The translations under genes were made by a program, and so were the position numbers. From a virus, in IMG/VR virus record IMGVR_UViG_3300027759_003827, positions 1-64,000 of that record: a stretch of 64,000 nucleotides of DNA, one strand, 5' to 3'. Below, one piece after another: positions 27,375 through 37,295 of this stretch (within the stretch, counting starts at the first letter, position 1; each line of letters starts with the position of its first letter). Under the pieces are notes generated by a model. It was not told the DNA's origin. It ran no database searches and saw only the letters and a program-made list of their open reading frames with translations.

Positions 27375-27920
27375 TTATTTAATTTCAATGTTATAGCCTA
27401 ATGCTTTTGCATACTCTGCAATTTTATCCTTTCTTCTACTCTTTAAAGGCTTAGCAGGACTTCCTATATAAACTGTCCAAGGTTCTATATTCTTATTAAC
27501 AAAAGAATTAGCGCCTATTACAGCTCCTTGTCCTATTGTTACACCTGGACTAATTACTACATTAGTTCCTATAGTAACAAACTCTTCAATAACTATAGGC
27601 TCCATTATAACTTCATCTCTATATTCATCCGGTACCATTGGATTTGCTAATCCTTCTCCCATATGCTTCTCTGATGCACAAATTATTCTACACCCAGCTG
27701 CTATACCGCTAAAGTGTCCTACAGTTAGGGAAGTTTTTGGTCCTCCAATAATAGTAACATAGGGTCCTATATGAACATAATCGCCAATCGTTAAAGCAGT
27801 CGTACAGTAGAACCCGCTATCAATTGCACAGTTACTTCCTATCTCAACTAGCTGAGGTCTTTTTATCTCTACGTTAGGACTAACAAAGACATTTGTTCCT
27901 ATACCTTTAATATTATGCAT
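27375..27920 (-). CDS. hexapeptide-repeat (LbH) acyltransferase (likely start MHNIK at 27920)
   Basis: IG-repeat hexapeptides, GSPAK. Confidence 0.88.
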   Translation of the reverse strand: MHNIKGIGTNVFVSPNVEIKRPQLVEIGSNCAIDSGFYCTTALTIGDYVHIGPYVTIIGGPKTSLTVGHFSGIAAGCRIICASEKHMGEGLANPMVPDEYRDEVIMEPIVIEEFVTIGTNVVISPGVTIGQGAVIGANSFVNKNIEPWTVYIGSPAKPLKSRRKDKIAEYAKALGYNIEIK

Positions 27921-27924
27921 TTTA

Positions 27925-28542
27925 TTATTCTTTTGTCCAAGCCTCCCATACAAACGGATAGCTGTATTTTAATTTAAATCCTCTTACTTTTAATCCTTCA
28001 TGAATAACTTCTTTTCTTTCTCTATCATTTTCAATTCCTAAATGAAACTGAACCTGTAGAGTTTTAATTCTATCTATAATTCCAGTTTCTAACATATTTT
28101 CTAAAATAGGATACTCATCTCCTTCTATATTCATCTGTAAGAGGTTTACTTCTTTAATATCCCATTCATTTAATATACGATTTAAAGTTCTAAATTCAAC
28201 CTCTACCGGTATACTACTTTCTGCATTAGAAGAAGATCCATCATCGCTAAGGTATATTATTCCTTTTTTATCTTCTACTCCAACTCCTACGTTTAATAAA
28301 TGTATACTACTTCGGTCTTTAAACTTATCAACCATTTGATTATAGAACTTTTCTATAGGTTCTATAGCATATACGTTACATTGAAACTTACTGTGTATTT
28401 GAGTAGCCCAAACTCCAGTAAAGCCTCCTAACTCTACGACAGTAGAATTTGTACTTAAGTTATGGTTCAGGATATGAGTATAATCTCCCTCATGATCTCT
28501 CCACAAAGCGAGATGATAGTTATCTAAAGTTAATTCAGGCAT
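27925..28542 (-). CDS. FkbM-family SAM methyltransferase
   Basis: VVELGGFTG, IEP, MNIEGDEY, QVQFH. Confidence 0.88.
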   Translation of the reverse strand: MPELTLDNYHLALWRDHEGDYTHILNHNLSTNSTVVELGGFTGVWATQIHSKFQCNVYAIEPIEKFYNQMVDKFKDRSSIHLLNVGVGVEDKKGIIYLSDDGSSSNAESSIPVEVEFRTLNRILNEWDIKEVNLLQMNIEGDEYPILENMLETGIIDRIKTLQVQFHLGIENDRERKEVIHEGLKVRGFKLKYSYPFVWEAWTKE

Positions 28543-28951
28543 CTAAAAAAGTTTTATCAAGAGCTTGTCCTTCGTAAGGTCCAGTCTTATATTCATATAC
28601 TAAGGTATTATCTTCTAGGATAAGGTAATTATGTCCTCCTTGTAGAGTAAAGCTAGCATCTCCTACTTCTAGTACTGGAGTTGCAAGGATAGTATTATCT
28701 AAGTCGTAGAAAGTACATTGAACTTTACCTTGAACTACTATCCAGCTCTCTTGAGCTATAACTAATCTATCTCTCTGCTTCCAAATATGCCTATGAGGTC
28801 TAAATGTTTTACCCTCTTCCATATTAAGAATAGAGCATTGAATAAAGTTCTCTTCAGATACTACATCCTGTCTTCCAGGTAGCATATCTTCTTTTCTTAC
28901 AACGATATGTAATAAAGTTTCTGGTTCAATCTTTGAGTATATTTTCTCCAT
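28535..28951 (-). CDS. WbuC-like cupin
   Basis: RPHRH, QESW..QG, GGHNY, EYKTGPY. Confidence 0.8.
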   Translation of the reverse strand: MEKIYSKIEPETLLHIVVRKEDMLPGRQDVVSEENFIQCSILNMEEGKTFRPHRHIWKQRDRLVIAQESWIVVQGKVQCTFYDLDNTILATPVLEVGDASFTLQGGHNYLILEDNTLVYEYKTGPYEGQALDKTFLDA

Positions 28952-28952
28952 A

Positions 28953-29783
28953 TTATATTTTTATCCAATTATTAGGTATTAAATCTTCTGTATTTAAATG
29001 AGCATAAACCGGACCAAACCAAGTTGCAGGTGCAACTACTTTCTTGTTGGGGTTAGCGTTTAAATAAGCAGCCCACCAACTAAAAGAGCTATTAGCGATA
29101 ATACTATCTCCGCATAGACTCATTATATAGAAATCCATCCAATCTACCCCGGAAGTATAGAAATGCTTATTAGGTATAAAGTCTAAGAGCTTTTTACTTT
29201 CTTCTAAATCATCACTGAAGACAAGGTAAGTTCTATTTTCTCCAATTTCTTTTACAGCTTGTTCATAAAACTCTCTAGTAATTAATGGATGATGATCTGG
29301 AAACTGAGTGTAATCTCCTCTACGTACGTGTAAGAAAGCTAAGTCACTTACATTAGGAATAAATTCTCGTATTTGAGCTTCTATTTCGTCTGTAGCTTTA
29401 AAAAGGTCTACTATCTTATCCTTATGTTTCTCAAAATACTTTTCACTTTGAAACTGTCCGTCTAATAATAAACTAGTTCCTGGAGTATATGGAATAGGGC
29501 TATAATTAAAGCTAGGCTCTGTATGGGTAGTATAAGGAGTTGGAAGTTTATCTATAAACTGAACATTTCTTAAAATATTACTGTAGTATACTCTGTAGTC
29601 AACATATCCTTGAGTAGCTGGCCTCCCTAAGCTTCCAGGTATGTAATGTATATCGCTAGGTCTAATAAACTCATTAGAGAAAATATAATCAACATTATTA
29701 TCCCATGCAGCACTAATTGATGCTGCTAGTTTAAACATAACATTACCTATTCCTCCTCTATGATTTGTGCTTATGTAATTCAT
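28953..29783 (-). CDS. GT11 alpha-1,2-fucosyltransferase-like
   Basis: GGIGNVMF, GQFQSEKYF, HVRRGDY, FSDD, NSSFSWWAAYL. Confidence 0.92.
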   Translation of the reverse strand: MNYISTNHRGGIGNVMFKLAASISAAWDNNVDYIFSNEFIRPSDIHYIPGSLGRPATQGYVDYRVYYSNILRNVQFIDKLPTPYTTHTEPSFNYSPIPYTPGTSLLLDGQFQSEKYFEKHKDKIVDLFKATDEIEAQIREFIPNVSDLAFLHVRRGDYTQFPDHHPLITREFYEQAVKEIGENRTYLVFSDDLEESKKLLDFIPNKHFYTSGVDWMDFYIMSLCGDSIIANSSFSWWAAYLNANPNKKVVAPATWFGPVYAHLNTEDLIPNNWIKI

Positions 29784-30532
29784 AATCTTTGCAAAGGTTT
29801 TAAATTTCTAATAAGGCTTTCGACTCTCTTCTGCTCCTCTAATCTAGATTTACTTTCTGATCCAGAATCATCTCCTGAATTATAAACGTATACTGGTTGA
29901 TCAAATCTAATAATTCTATCTTTACCAGCCATTTCAACCATCGGCATACACATAGCAAAGTCTGCTGTAATATTCCAATACTTACCTGTCTCCGGATTAA
30001 TTAAATACTCTTGAGGTACTTTATCAAATAACCATGCTTTATAAGTCTTTAAATGACTATAGGCAAAGGGACTCTGTCTTATATTATTATCATCAGGTAA
30101 GTGCATATGAAAATGACCTCCTACTTTACCTGAAGGATACTCTATGTAATGTCCGTAAGTCATCCACACATTAGGATCTTGATAAGCTTCATTTAGATAA
30201 TCGAAGACGAAAGGATGTAATAGCCAATCATCTGCATCTACTTCTACTATAATATCGTCTGGATTTACTAGATTACGTTCTTTAAGTTTATTGTAGCAAT
30301 ACATAAAATTGCTTATTTGACTATCTTTATCCTCGTTAGTTATGATATGAAACCTTTCATCTTGTGAAATACTTCTATATAACTCCCAAATAGTTTTATC
30401 TTGTGATACATCATATGCATAAGCTGCAAGAAAGTTTTTATAGGATTGTTGCTTAATACTATTAACATTAAAGCCAACCCACTTCTCTTTGTTATAAACT
30501 GTCGATATAAGTATAAACCTATTCTGTATCAT
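29780..30532 (-). CDS. GT2 glycosyltransferase
   Basis: YN.EKW...SIKQQSY, VDADDWL, WMTYG, YVYN. Confidence 0.85.
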   Translation of the reverse strand: MIQNRFILISTVYNKEKWVGFNVNSIKQQSYKNFLAAYAYDVSQDKTIWELYRSISQDERFHIITNEDKDSQISNFMYCYNKLKERNLVNPDDIIVEVDADDWLLHPFVFDYLNEAYQDPNVWMTYGHYIEYPSGKVGGHFHMHLPDDNNIRQSPFAYSHLKTYKAWLFDKVPQEYLINPETGKYWNITADFAMCMPMVEMAGKDRIIRFDQPVYVYNSGDDSGSESKSRLEEQKRVESLIRNLKPLQRL

Positions 30533-31505
30533 TTAATTTTATTTTCATTTGTGACTTCCAAACCTCTAAGTCGTAATACTTTCTATAATTTGCTTTTGCT
30601 TGTCTACTGCAATGCTTATAAAAGTCTTCATCTTCTATAAGTTTCTTTGCAAGGTCTCTTGCAACCATAACGTCTTGTATCTCTACAGCTAGATCTGGTT
30701 GACAATAAGCTTGAGTATCTACTGCGGCGTTTCCTATACAAGGTATGCCTAAGTAAGAACAGTTTAAGCTAAAGGTACCCGCTGCTACAGTAGGCATTAA
30801 ATGTACTGCGTATTTAAAAGTGCTTAATTGCTTTATCCAATCAGTCCACATTACTCTAGGGAGGTGCTGTACTATCTGCTCTTCGCCCTCTCTTATAGCA
30901 TGAGAAGTCTGTCCCCAAGTAGGAACTTTAAACTCTTGAGCTACCAAATAACTTTCAAAACCTCCGTACCATCTAGCAAAGTTACCTCCTATAATAGCCT
31001 TCTCTTCAGGCTTCCATTCTATAGCTTTAATAGAATCTTCTATCATTAAAGAAGGAATAAGCATTATAGTTTTAGTTGGAAATAAACCAGCATAGTAATT
31101 TAAATCAGAGTGGTTATGTGCAAAGATAGCATCTACTTTTGCAAGCATGTTATAAAAGTTTATCTGATCTGCTAATTCATAATCATTCCACCACCAGTGA
31201 GGTCCTTCTTGTACGTAGTAAATTTTCTTATTATTTTTCTTTAGTATCTCTATTAGATTCGAATTAAGTAATCCGCTTACTGGATTCTCTCCGTTAATTA
31301 GTCTTGAACCTTCAGCGCTTAAAAAGGTCTTACCTTTAGGAAAGATAATAAAAACGTGATCGTAATCTTGAACTTCTGCATAATGGTGAAGGTGCCTATG
31401 ATCGGCATTAAGAGCATGCATCCAAGCAAACTCTGTTCTCATATTAGAATGATTAGCAGGAACTTTGCCTTCAAACCCCATCTCTGTTAAAAAAGCTATT
31501 TTCAT
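30519..31505 (-). CDS. GT-B fold glycosyltransferase-like
   Basis: C-terminal GTFSLNCSYLGIPCIG; cluster context. Confidence 0.65.
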   Translation of the reverse strand: MKIAFLTEMGFEGKVPANHSNMRTEFAWMHALNADHRHLHHYAEVQDYDHVFIIFPKGKTFLSAEGSRLINGENPVSGLLNSNLIEILKKNNKKIYYVQEGPHWWWNDYELADQINFYNMLAKVDAIFAHNHSDLNYYAGLFPTKTIMLIPSLMIEDSIKAIEWKPEEKAIIGGNFARWYGGFESYLVAQEFKVPTWGQTSHAIREGEEQIVQHLPRVMWTDWIKQLSTFKYAVHLMPTVAAGTFSLNCSYLGIPCIGNAAVDTQAYCQPDLAVEIQDVMVARDLAKKLIEDEDFYKHCSRQAKANYRKYYDLEVWKSQMKIKLNDTE

Positions 31506-32119
31506 AATGCGCTATAAAAATTATTTTGTCTCTCTTGTCTTTCTATTCCTTTTGGATGATACAGGCAATAAGCTTCTTCAGCAGGTAACATTACATAATT
31601 ATTATGTCCTGTAAGTACTTCGTGAACCTTACTTGCCCAGTTTATCTTAGGGGAATTTTGAAGGATTCTAGTCTGATAATCAGGAAAGTTAACCCATCCT
31701 TTTTCATCAACTCTCCATTGCCATTTGTTAATATGCTCTTGAGTTAACCCTTCTACTGTATTGATTCTAGGAACTAGAAGCAAATCTACTGTAGGATTAG
31801 ATTGCAAGATAGCTGGAAGATTCTTTATAAGATTCTCACTTAGATATTCATCAGCATCTATTTGAAATATCCAAGCTCCGGTACAATGCTTCTTTAAATT
31901 ATTCTTAAAAGCAGCAAAGTTTCCTTTTAGTGGAAACTCTATCACGTGAATAAAAGCTGAGTATTTATCTAAAACTCTATATACTTCAGGGGATGTATTG
32001 CCTTGATCACATTGCACTACTACTTCCATATCGGAAGTTTGGTAAAACAGTAACTGAGCTAATAACCTGTCTAGTTCTTTATCTTCATTACATACAGGAA
32101 TTGCGTAACTTATTCTCAT
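31502..32119 (-). CDS. GT2 glycosyltransferase
   Basis: AIPVCNE, QIDADE, PDYQTR, KVHE. Confidence 0.88.
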   Translation of the reverse strand: MRISYAIPVCNEDKELDRLLAQLLFYQTSDMEVVVQCDQGNTSPEVYRVLDKYSAFIHVIEFPLKGNFAAFKNNLKKHCTGAWIFQIDADEYLSENLIKNLPAILQSNPTVDLLLVPRINTVEGLTQEHINKWQWRVDEKGWVNFPDYQTRILQNSPKINWASKVHEVLTGHNNYVMLPAEEAYCLYHPKGIERQERQNNFYSAL

Positions 32120-32128
32120 AGTTTGCTT

Positions 32129-32578
32129 TTAAAATAATCCGATATAGTCGCAAGCTTCTATAAAATCTTCTCCAAAGTTCTGTAAAGACTTAGCATCCGA
32201 TTTATAGGTTAAGCCTTTGTACTTAGGCTCTTTTTTTTCTTCTTCTGTTAACTCTACTACTTTAATAGCAGACCATTTAATATCTTCTGCTGATGTTCCG
32301 TTTAAGAAGACTGTACCTCTATCTGGTAAGTTAATACTAATAGGATACCATACTCTACTTTCTTGATCTACGTACTTAACGTCTTTATAGAGTTCAGGTA
32401 AAGTTTCTTCGAATGCAGTAAAGTCAAACTCCCCTTCTTTCATTAAATCGTTAGTTTGAAATCCACACCCCCAACAGAAGTAATTATTCTTTGTCTCGTT
32501 AATAGGAGTTTTATAGCATCCATCACAGCCGCACTTAGGGCATATAATCATTTCGTCGTTAGTCATTAGTTTTATCAT
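32129..32578 (-). CDS. zinc-ribbon protein
   Basis: CPKC...CWGCG. Confidence 0.75.
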   Translation of the reverse strand: MIKLMTNDEMIICPKCGCDGCYKTPINETKNNYFCWGCGFQTNDLMKEGEFDFTAFEETLPELYKDVKYVDQESRVWYPISINLPDRGTVFLNGTSAEDIKWSAIKVVELTEEEKKEPKYKGLTYKSDAKSLQNFGEDFIEACDYIGLF

Positions 32579-32936
32579 TTAAGTCTGCAAAATAAGTTGC
32601 ATACCAATTAGGTGCTCCGTTAGTCGTATAGGTTGTTCCTACACCTAAACCGCTACCAGTTGTGAATGTAATAGAAGTAGTTCCTGGTGTTGTTGTTATT
32701 CTAGTACCCGTAGGTGTTTCAGGACCTCTTGTTTCATATGGATTAATTCCTGTCCAATTTGGATAAACTGTTCTAAATGTATTAGGATCTGTCATTACTC
32801 CGCCCATTGGAACTGTGTTATCATCTACTTCAGCTAGCTTATCCTTCATTAGATCCCATTGCTTAGGAGTAATATTAAAATCATGCACTCCTTCAGTAAA
32901 TCCTTTTAACCATATTATAAATTCCTTACTAGTCAT
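32559..32936 (-). CDS. hypothetical protein (MT..EF..WL.GF family, Thr-rich tail)
   Basis: ORF track. Confidence 0.75.
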   Translation of the reverse strand: MTSKEFIIWLKGFTEGVHDFNITPKQWDLMKDKLAEVDDNTVPMGGVMTDPNTFRTVYPNWTGINPYETRGPETPTGTRITTTPGTTSITFTTGSGLGVGTTYTTNGAPNWYATYFADLNDKTND

Positions 32937-32937
32937 A

Positions 32938-34218
32938 TTAGCTAATTTTAGTTAATTGAGGTAATTTAAACTCTACTTGTTTAGGTACATTAGCATACTT
33001 ATCTAAATATCCTTTTAAGAATAATACCATATTATCAAAACTAAATTCAGTCTTAATTTTATGTCCTTGACGCTTACCTCTGTCTTCGTATTTCTTATAA
33101 TGAGCAAATACATCCTCCATAGCTTTTGCTGCAAGGTTATGATCAATAGTAAACCATAATGCACCTGGTAGGATTAATCCTTGAGATTGAGCTGAAGGAT
33201 GAGTTTGAGTTAACTCGCCTGGTATTAATACGGCGAACTCTCCATCTAAAAAATCTACTTGACCAGACCATCCAGAAGCGATTACAGGTTTCTTAGATAA
33301 ACAAAACTCAGCAAGAGGCCTACCGTATCCTTCTCCCTTAGCAAATGATATCATTGCTTTTACTTTAGGATGATTATATAAGTTATTCATATCTTCATCG
33401 TCTAAGTCTCCGTGTAGTAAGTAAATGTTAGGTAAGTCTATACCTGGAACTAAGTTTCTAACAGCATCTATTTTCTTTAGTATCTCTTCTCTATCCATAA
33501 TACAACTAGTAGAACTAGAAGTTTTTAATATAAGAGCAGGTTTATTTTTCTTACCTTTAAACGTATCTAAGAAAGTATAAATCATTTTACTTACGTTCTT
33601 TCTATCTTCTCCGAACTCTCCTTGTAACCAGTGTCCTACAAACAGATAGCAAAACTCTTCTTTAATCTCGTCTAAGTCTAATACTAAATCTGTTTCAGGT
33701 AACTCGTCATCTACAATAGAAAAATACTTATTTAAATCTACTCCTTCAAATAAAACCTCTACAGGCTTTTCTAATTTAAGTATTTCATTAGGGTTCTCTT
33801 GCTTACCGTAACTAGTAGCTTGTAGTACATTCTTAGCATGCTGAGAAGATACTAAGGTTAAATCCATTCTATTACATCCTTCAAGCCAGCTAGCATCACA
33901 TACGGTAGTTTCAATACCGGCTGTAACTCCTATACTAACTCTGCCTACGTGTTGAAATTCGTTTGGTATAGTTATTTGAAACCAGTAGTCTGGTTGCTTA
34001 GTTAAAGGTCCTTTTAATAACAAAGGTATCATCCATCCCCACTCCTCTTTGTAATCTTCTAAGAAGCCCCAAGAAGTATTTCCCCATCTCTGAGGCATTA
34101 TTTGAATATCCCATTCGTCTTTCTTTAACTCGTAAAGGGCTTTAATAAAATCTCTTGATCTTGCTCCATAACCTGAATAGGTATCTGGCGGTGCTGATAT
34201 AACGCAGTATTGTTTCAT
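32938..34218 (-). CDS. GT4 glycosyltransferase
   Basis: SGYG..SR, RKN, GEGYGRPLAE, VIASGWSG. Confidence 0.88.
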   Translation of the reverse strand: MKQYCVISAPPDTYSGYGARSRDFIKALYELKKDEWDIQIMPQRWGNTSWGFLEDYKEEWGWMIPLLLKGPLTKQPDYWFQITIPNEFQHVGRVSIGVTAGIETTVCDASWLEGCNRMDLTLVSSQHAKNVLQATSYGKQENPNEILKLEKPVEVLFEGVDLNKYFSIVDDELPETDLVLDLDEIKEEFCYLFVGHWLQGEFGEDRKNVSKMIYTFLDTFKGKKNKPALILKTSSSTSCIMDREEILKKIDAVRNLVPGIDLPNIYLLHGDLDDEDMNNLYNHPKVKAMISFAKGEGYGRPLAEFCLSKKPVIASGWSGQVDFLDGEFAVLIPGELTQTHPSAQSQGLILPGALWFTIDHNLAAKAMEDVFAHYKKYEDRGKRQGHKIKTEFSFDNMVLFLKGYLDKYANVPKQVEFKLPQLTKIS

Positions 34219-34241
34219 GTTGTAAGTATAAACTTTATTTT

Positions 34242-35672
34242 TTAATAAACGATTGGATGTGCTGATTTTTTTCTTGGTTGCTTCTCTACCTTAATCAACT
34301 CGTATTTATGTCTTGGCTTCCATTTAGCAAATGTCTCTTCGATACCGTCAATAACGTTCTTAGACATCATTCTAGCCGATTGCATAGACTCTTCTGAAGT
34401 TACCCACTCTCTAGCTGCTTGACCTCTTTCTTCTCTTTCTTCTGGAGTTAATTTATAAACCTCTTCAATAGATGCTGCAATATCTCTAAAGTCAGCTCTA
34501 TCGTCAAAGATATAAGGAGTTGGAATAGATCCTACAATACTCATATTGCTAGGGTATACCGGGAAGGCCCACTTACCGTGCTTCTTATAAGTACCGAAGT
34601 GATTAGAGCAAAACTTTTCATTAAAGTCAATCCACTCCCCTTTTTCATTTTCAAATCTTAATTGATCTTGCATACCGCCTGTAACTGTAGCTATGATTGG
34701 CTTACCGCACATCATTGACTCCGTTAAAGATAATCCCCATCCTTCATTAGAAGAGATTAGAGCAGTAACATCTGCGCAGTTATACATCGTACTCATTTGA
34801 TGAGGAGTATATCTATTTTCACAGAAGACTACTCTTTGATATTCTGGATCGCAGAATAACTCCACTACTGTAGGTAAGTCTGTACCATTCTCATCTAGTC
34901 TCTGAGTATGTAAAAGTAGAGCACATTTCTTAGCTTTCTCTTTTCCAATATTATCACAGAAGTGAGCATAAGCTAAAATTAAATCAGAAGTACATTTACG
35001 TCTAATATTTCTAGCATTATATAAAACTACAAACTCAGGTTGATTATCTCCAAAATATTGCTTTCTCATTGCAACTACTTCAGGATCATTCTTATGCTTT
35101 ACAGTAAAGATCTCTTCGTTAATACCGTGAGGTACATACTTAATAACTTTATCTTTAGCTTTTTCTCCTAATACTAATCTATTAATGTTAGCAGTTTGCT
35201 TTGAAATAGCTAATAAACCGTCACAAGATTCATAGTAGGGTTTGTTATATAAAGGTGCAGGCAAGTCATCCCAGATGTTTAAATAAATCATAGGATACTT
35301 CTTTCTTAATTCACTCTCCATTTGAAATAACCAGATCCAGTATCTTGGATCGGTAAAGAACATAATAGCATCTGGCTTCTCCATCTCGATTATCTGACGA
35401 ACCGTCTCTGGAGTACCGTAGCCTGAAGTTGGGATTATAAACACCGAAGCATCTGGAATACCTGCAAGGTTATTTGTATCTTGACAGATATCAAACCTCT
35501 TCCCTTGGTCAGGATGCTGAATAGCAGCTCCTAAGTTTACCCAGTTAAAACGATGTGCTGTTCCAATGACAATCTCTTTAGCCATTGTTGAGATACCAGA
35601 CGTAAATCTAATATCATCGCAGAGTAGTAGAATTTTCTTTCTATCTGCCTGTGGGATGTAACCTTCTTTCAT
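34242..35672 (-). CDS. GT4 glycosyltransferase
   Basis: VPHGIN, RNIRRK, NEGWGLSLTESM, TGGMQDQ. Confidence 0.9.
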   Translation of the reverse strand: MKEGYIPQADRKKILLLCDDIRFTSGISTMAKEIVIGTAHRFNWVNLGAAIQHPDQGKRFDICQDTNNLAGIPDASVFIIPTSGYGTPETVRQIIEMEKPDAIMFFTDPRYWIWLFQMESELRKKYPMIYLNIWDDLPAPLYNKPYYESCDGLLAISKQTANINRLVLGEKAKDKVIKYVPHGINEEIFTVKHKNDPEVVAMRKQYFGDNQPEFVVLYNARNIRRKCTSDLILAYAHFCDNIGKEKAKKCALLLHTQRLDENGTDLPTVVELFCDPEYQRVVFCENRYTPHQMSTMYNCADVTALISSNEGWGLSLTESMMCGKPIIATVTGGMQDQLRFENEKGEWIDFNEKFCSNHFGTYKKHGKWAFPVYPSNMSIVGSIPTPYIFDDRADFRDIAASIEEVYKLTPEEREERGQAAREWVTSEESMQSARMMSKNVIDGIEETFAKWKPRHKYELIKVEKQPRKKSAHPIVY

Positions 35673-35679
35673 GTAACTT

Positions 35680-35886
35680 TTATTCTGTTGGTTTAGTATA
35701 ACGTGCGTTTAATTGATTGTTAATAGTCTTCTTAAACTCTTCGTCTGTTAAATATAAGAACATTGAGCGTTCTAACAAATTTCTCATGGTGATTTTATTC
35801 TTTACTGCTTCTGATTTAAAGGTATTGAATAAATCATCTTGAAGTCTGACTGTTGTAAGGATATCTCCTTTCTTTCCGATATGCAT
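35680..35886 (-). CDS. ribbon-helix-helix-like small DNA-binding protein (likely start 35886)
   Basis: LTTVRLQDDLFNTFK...TMRNLLERSM. Confidence 0.6.
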   Translation of the reverse strand: MHIGKKGDILTTVRLQDDLFNTFKSEAVKNKITMRNLLERSMFLYLTDEEFKKTINNQLNARYTKPTE

Positions 35887-35936
35887 AATATATGATTTGT
35901 TAATAAATATCACATACCATATATAGAACTATATCC

Positions 35937-36800
35937 TTAATGATTCTTTTTATCACATAATTCCGGCTTATCAATATAAGGACAGAACCTACATTTATCG
36001 ATGTTCTTTGTATATTTCTTTTCTTGATACTCTCCTTCTACGGTAAAAGCATCCTTAACGAAGTTCTGAATATCTTCGAAAGCATCGTTTACTTTCTTAG
36101 TACCGTTAGCAGGTTTAAACTCTTGTACTCTCTTAGGAGCAAACTCTAAATTCTCATTGATTTTCCTACGAACTATAAAGAACTGTACATCTATCTTGTC
36201 TTCTGGTATTCCCTTTAAATTTGAAAAGAATTTCTTGTAAAGAAGTATCTGATTAACTTTTACTTGATCTTTCTTTTCGTAATCAGACCAACCTCTTGTT
36301 GAGGTCTTAATATCGTAAATGATATACTTGTCTAGAGCTTTATCGTAAATAACTAAATCAATAAAGCCTTTCATAGTAACTTTATCATAACCTTCTACGA
36401 TAGGACCTTTGATAGGGATCTCTATACCTATTAACTTACAATTTTTCTTGCTAAAGAATAATTTTCGTTTTCTCTTAAAGAAGTCTAAGATAGCTACAGC
36501 ATCTTCATAGAACTCTGATAGTTCTTCCGGAGTAGAAAAATGACCTGCATAAGCATTTGCTTTATACAGTTCCATTAACTTAGTCTTAAAATAAGTAGGG
36601 AGATGTATCTTATCTGCTTCAGTAGCAGAACTATCAAACATTACTTGAAGATAATTCTGTAACGTTTCGTGAAAGGCTGTACCAAAGATTAAATGAATGC
36701 TAGGTTTAAAAGGCTGTAGCTTCTTAACATAATTTAAATACCATTGATGCGGACAATTCTTATAGATTTGATACTGAGAAAACGAAACAGTTTTACTCAC
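35937..36800 (-). CDS. PD-(D/E)XK nuclease, RecB/Cas4-like
   Basis: SFSQ..CP, FGTAFH, GFIDLV, DIKTS, QILLY, CRFCPY...C. Confidence 0.88.
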   Translation of the reverse strand: MSKTVSFSQYQIYKNCPHQWYLNYVKKLQPFKPSIHLIFGTAFHETLQNYLQVMFDSSATEADKIHLPTYFKTKLMELYKANAYAGHFSTPEELSEFYEDAVAILDFFKRKRKLFFSKKNCKLIGIEIPIKGPIVEGYDKVTMKGFIDLVIYDKALDKYIIYDIKTSTRGWSDYEKKDQVKVNQILLYKKFFSNLKGIPEDKIDVQFFIVRRKINENLEFAPKRVQEFKPANGTKKVNDAFEDIQNFVKDAFTVEGEYQEKKYTKNIDKCRFCPYIDKPELCDKKNH

Positions 36801-36984
36801 TCAGGGTTTGTTTAATTTTTTCTAAATATAGAATAGCATCCATATGCTCTTGCTTAGCATGCTCAATCCATTCGAGTAAACTTAAGTCGGTACGATCTAA
36901 ATCAACACCGTACTTAGCTTTACCCTTAGCAGCTCTTTCTTCAAACTGCTGAATAATGGAAGTTACGATTGAATCTAACTGCAT
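36793..36984 (-). CDS. small all-alpha protein, MazG-like NTP pyrophosphatase fold possible
   Basis: G.AKYG..L...W..HA.QE.MD..LY. Confidence 0.55.
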   Translation of the reverse strand: MQLDSIVTSIIQQFEERAAKGKAKYGVDLDRTDLSLLEWIEHAKQEHMDAILYLEKIKQTLSE

Positions 36985-37202
36985 TATAATCCTAAGTTTT
37001 TAGGTTGAAACTTCTCGTTTACATATCCGCACTTAGTACATGCAAAGCTTGGGATAGGAACTAAAGCGTCTTGATCTGTACCTGCAATAAACTTACTTAC
37101 TTCACGTAAGAAAGTTACTTGGTTAAAGGTTTCGCAACCACACTCCTCGCATACGATAGGAGTAGTTTTGTCCATTGTAATGTTTAAATTCTGCTGTGCC
37201 AT
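36984..37202 (-). CDS. zinc-ribbon protein
   Basis: CEECG...CTKCG. Confidence 0.75.
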   Translation of the reverse strand: MAQQNLNITMDKTTPIVCEECGCETFNQVTFLREVSKFIAGTDQDALVPIPSFACTKCGYVNEKFQPKNLGL

Positions 37203-37235
37203 ATTATTTGTTTTATAATTTAAATGTAAAATAAA

Positions 37236-37267
37236 AAAGCCAATCTAACAACTTTTAGACTGGCTTT
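37236..37267 (-). terminator. intrinsic terminator ending the RNA operon
   Basis: AAAGCCAGTCTAA-N6-TTAGATTGGCTTT followed by a T-tract. Confidence 0.75.
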
Positions 37268-37271
37268 ATTA

Positions 37272-37289
37272 AAGTTACTGTTCTTTAAC
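37272..37289. repeat. inverted repeat arm (18 bp) pairing with 37590-37607
   Basis: aagttactgttctttaac / gttaaagaacagtaactt. Confidence 0.92.
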
Positions 37290-37295
37290 TAATTT

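Noticed and set aside
35937-36800. CRISPR-Cas system suggested by the Cas4-like nuclease
   Set aside because: No repeat-spacer array or other cas genes seen; solo PD-(D/E)XK nucleases are common in phages.
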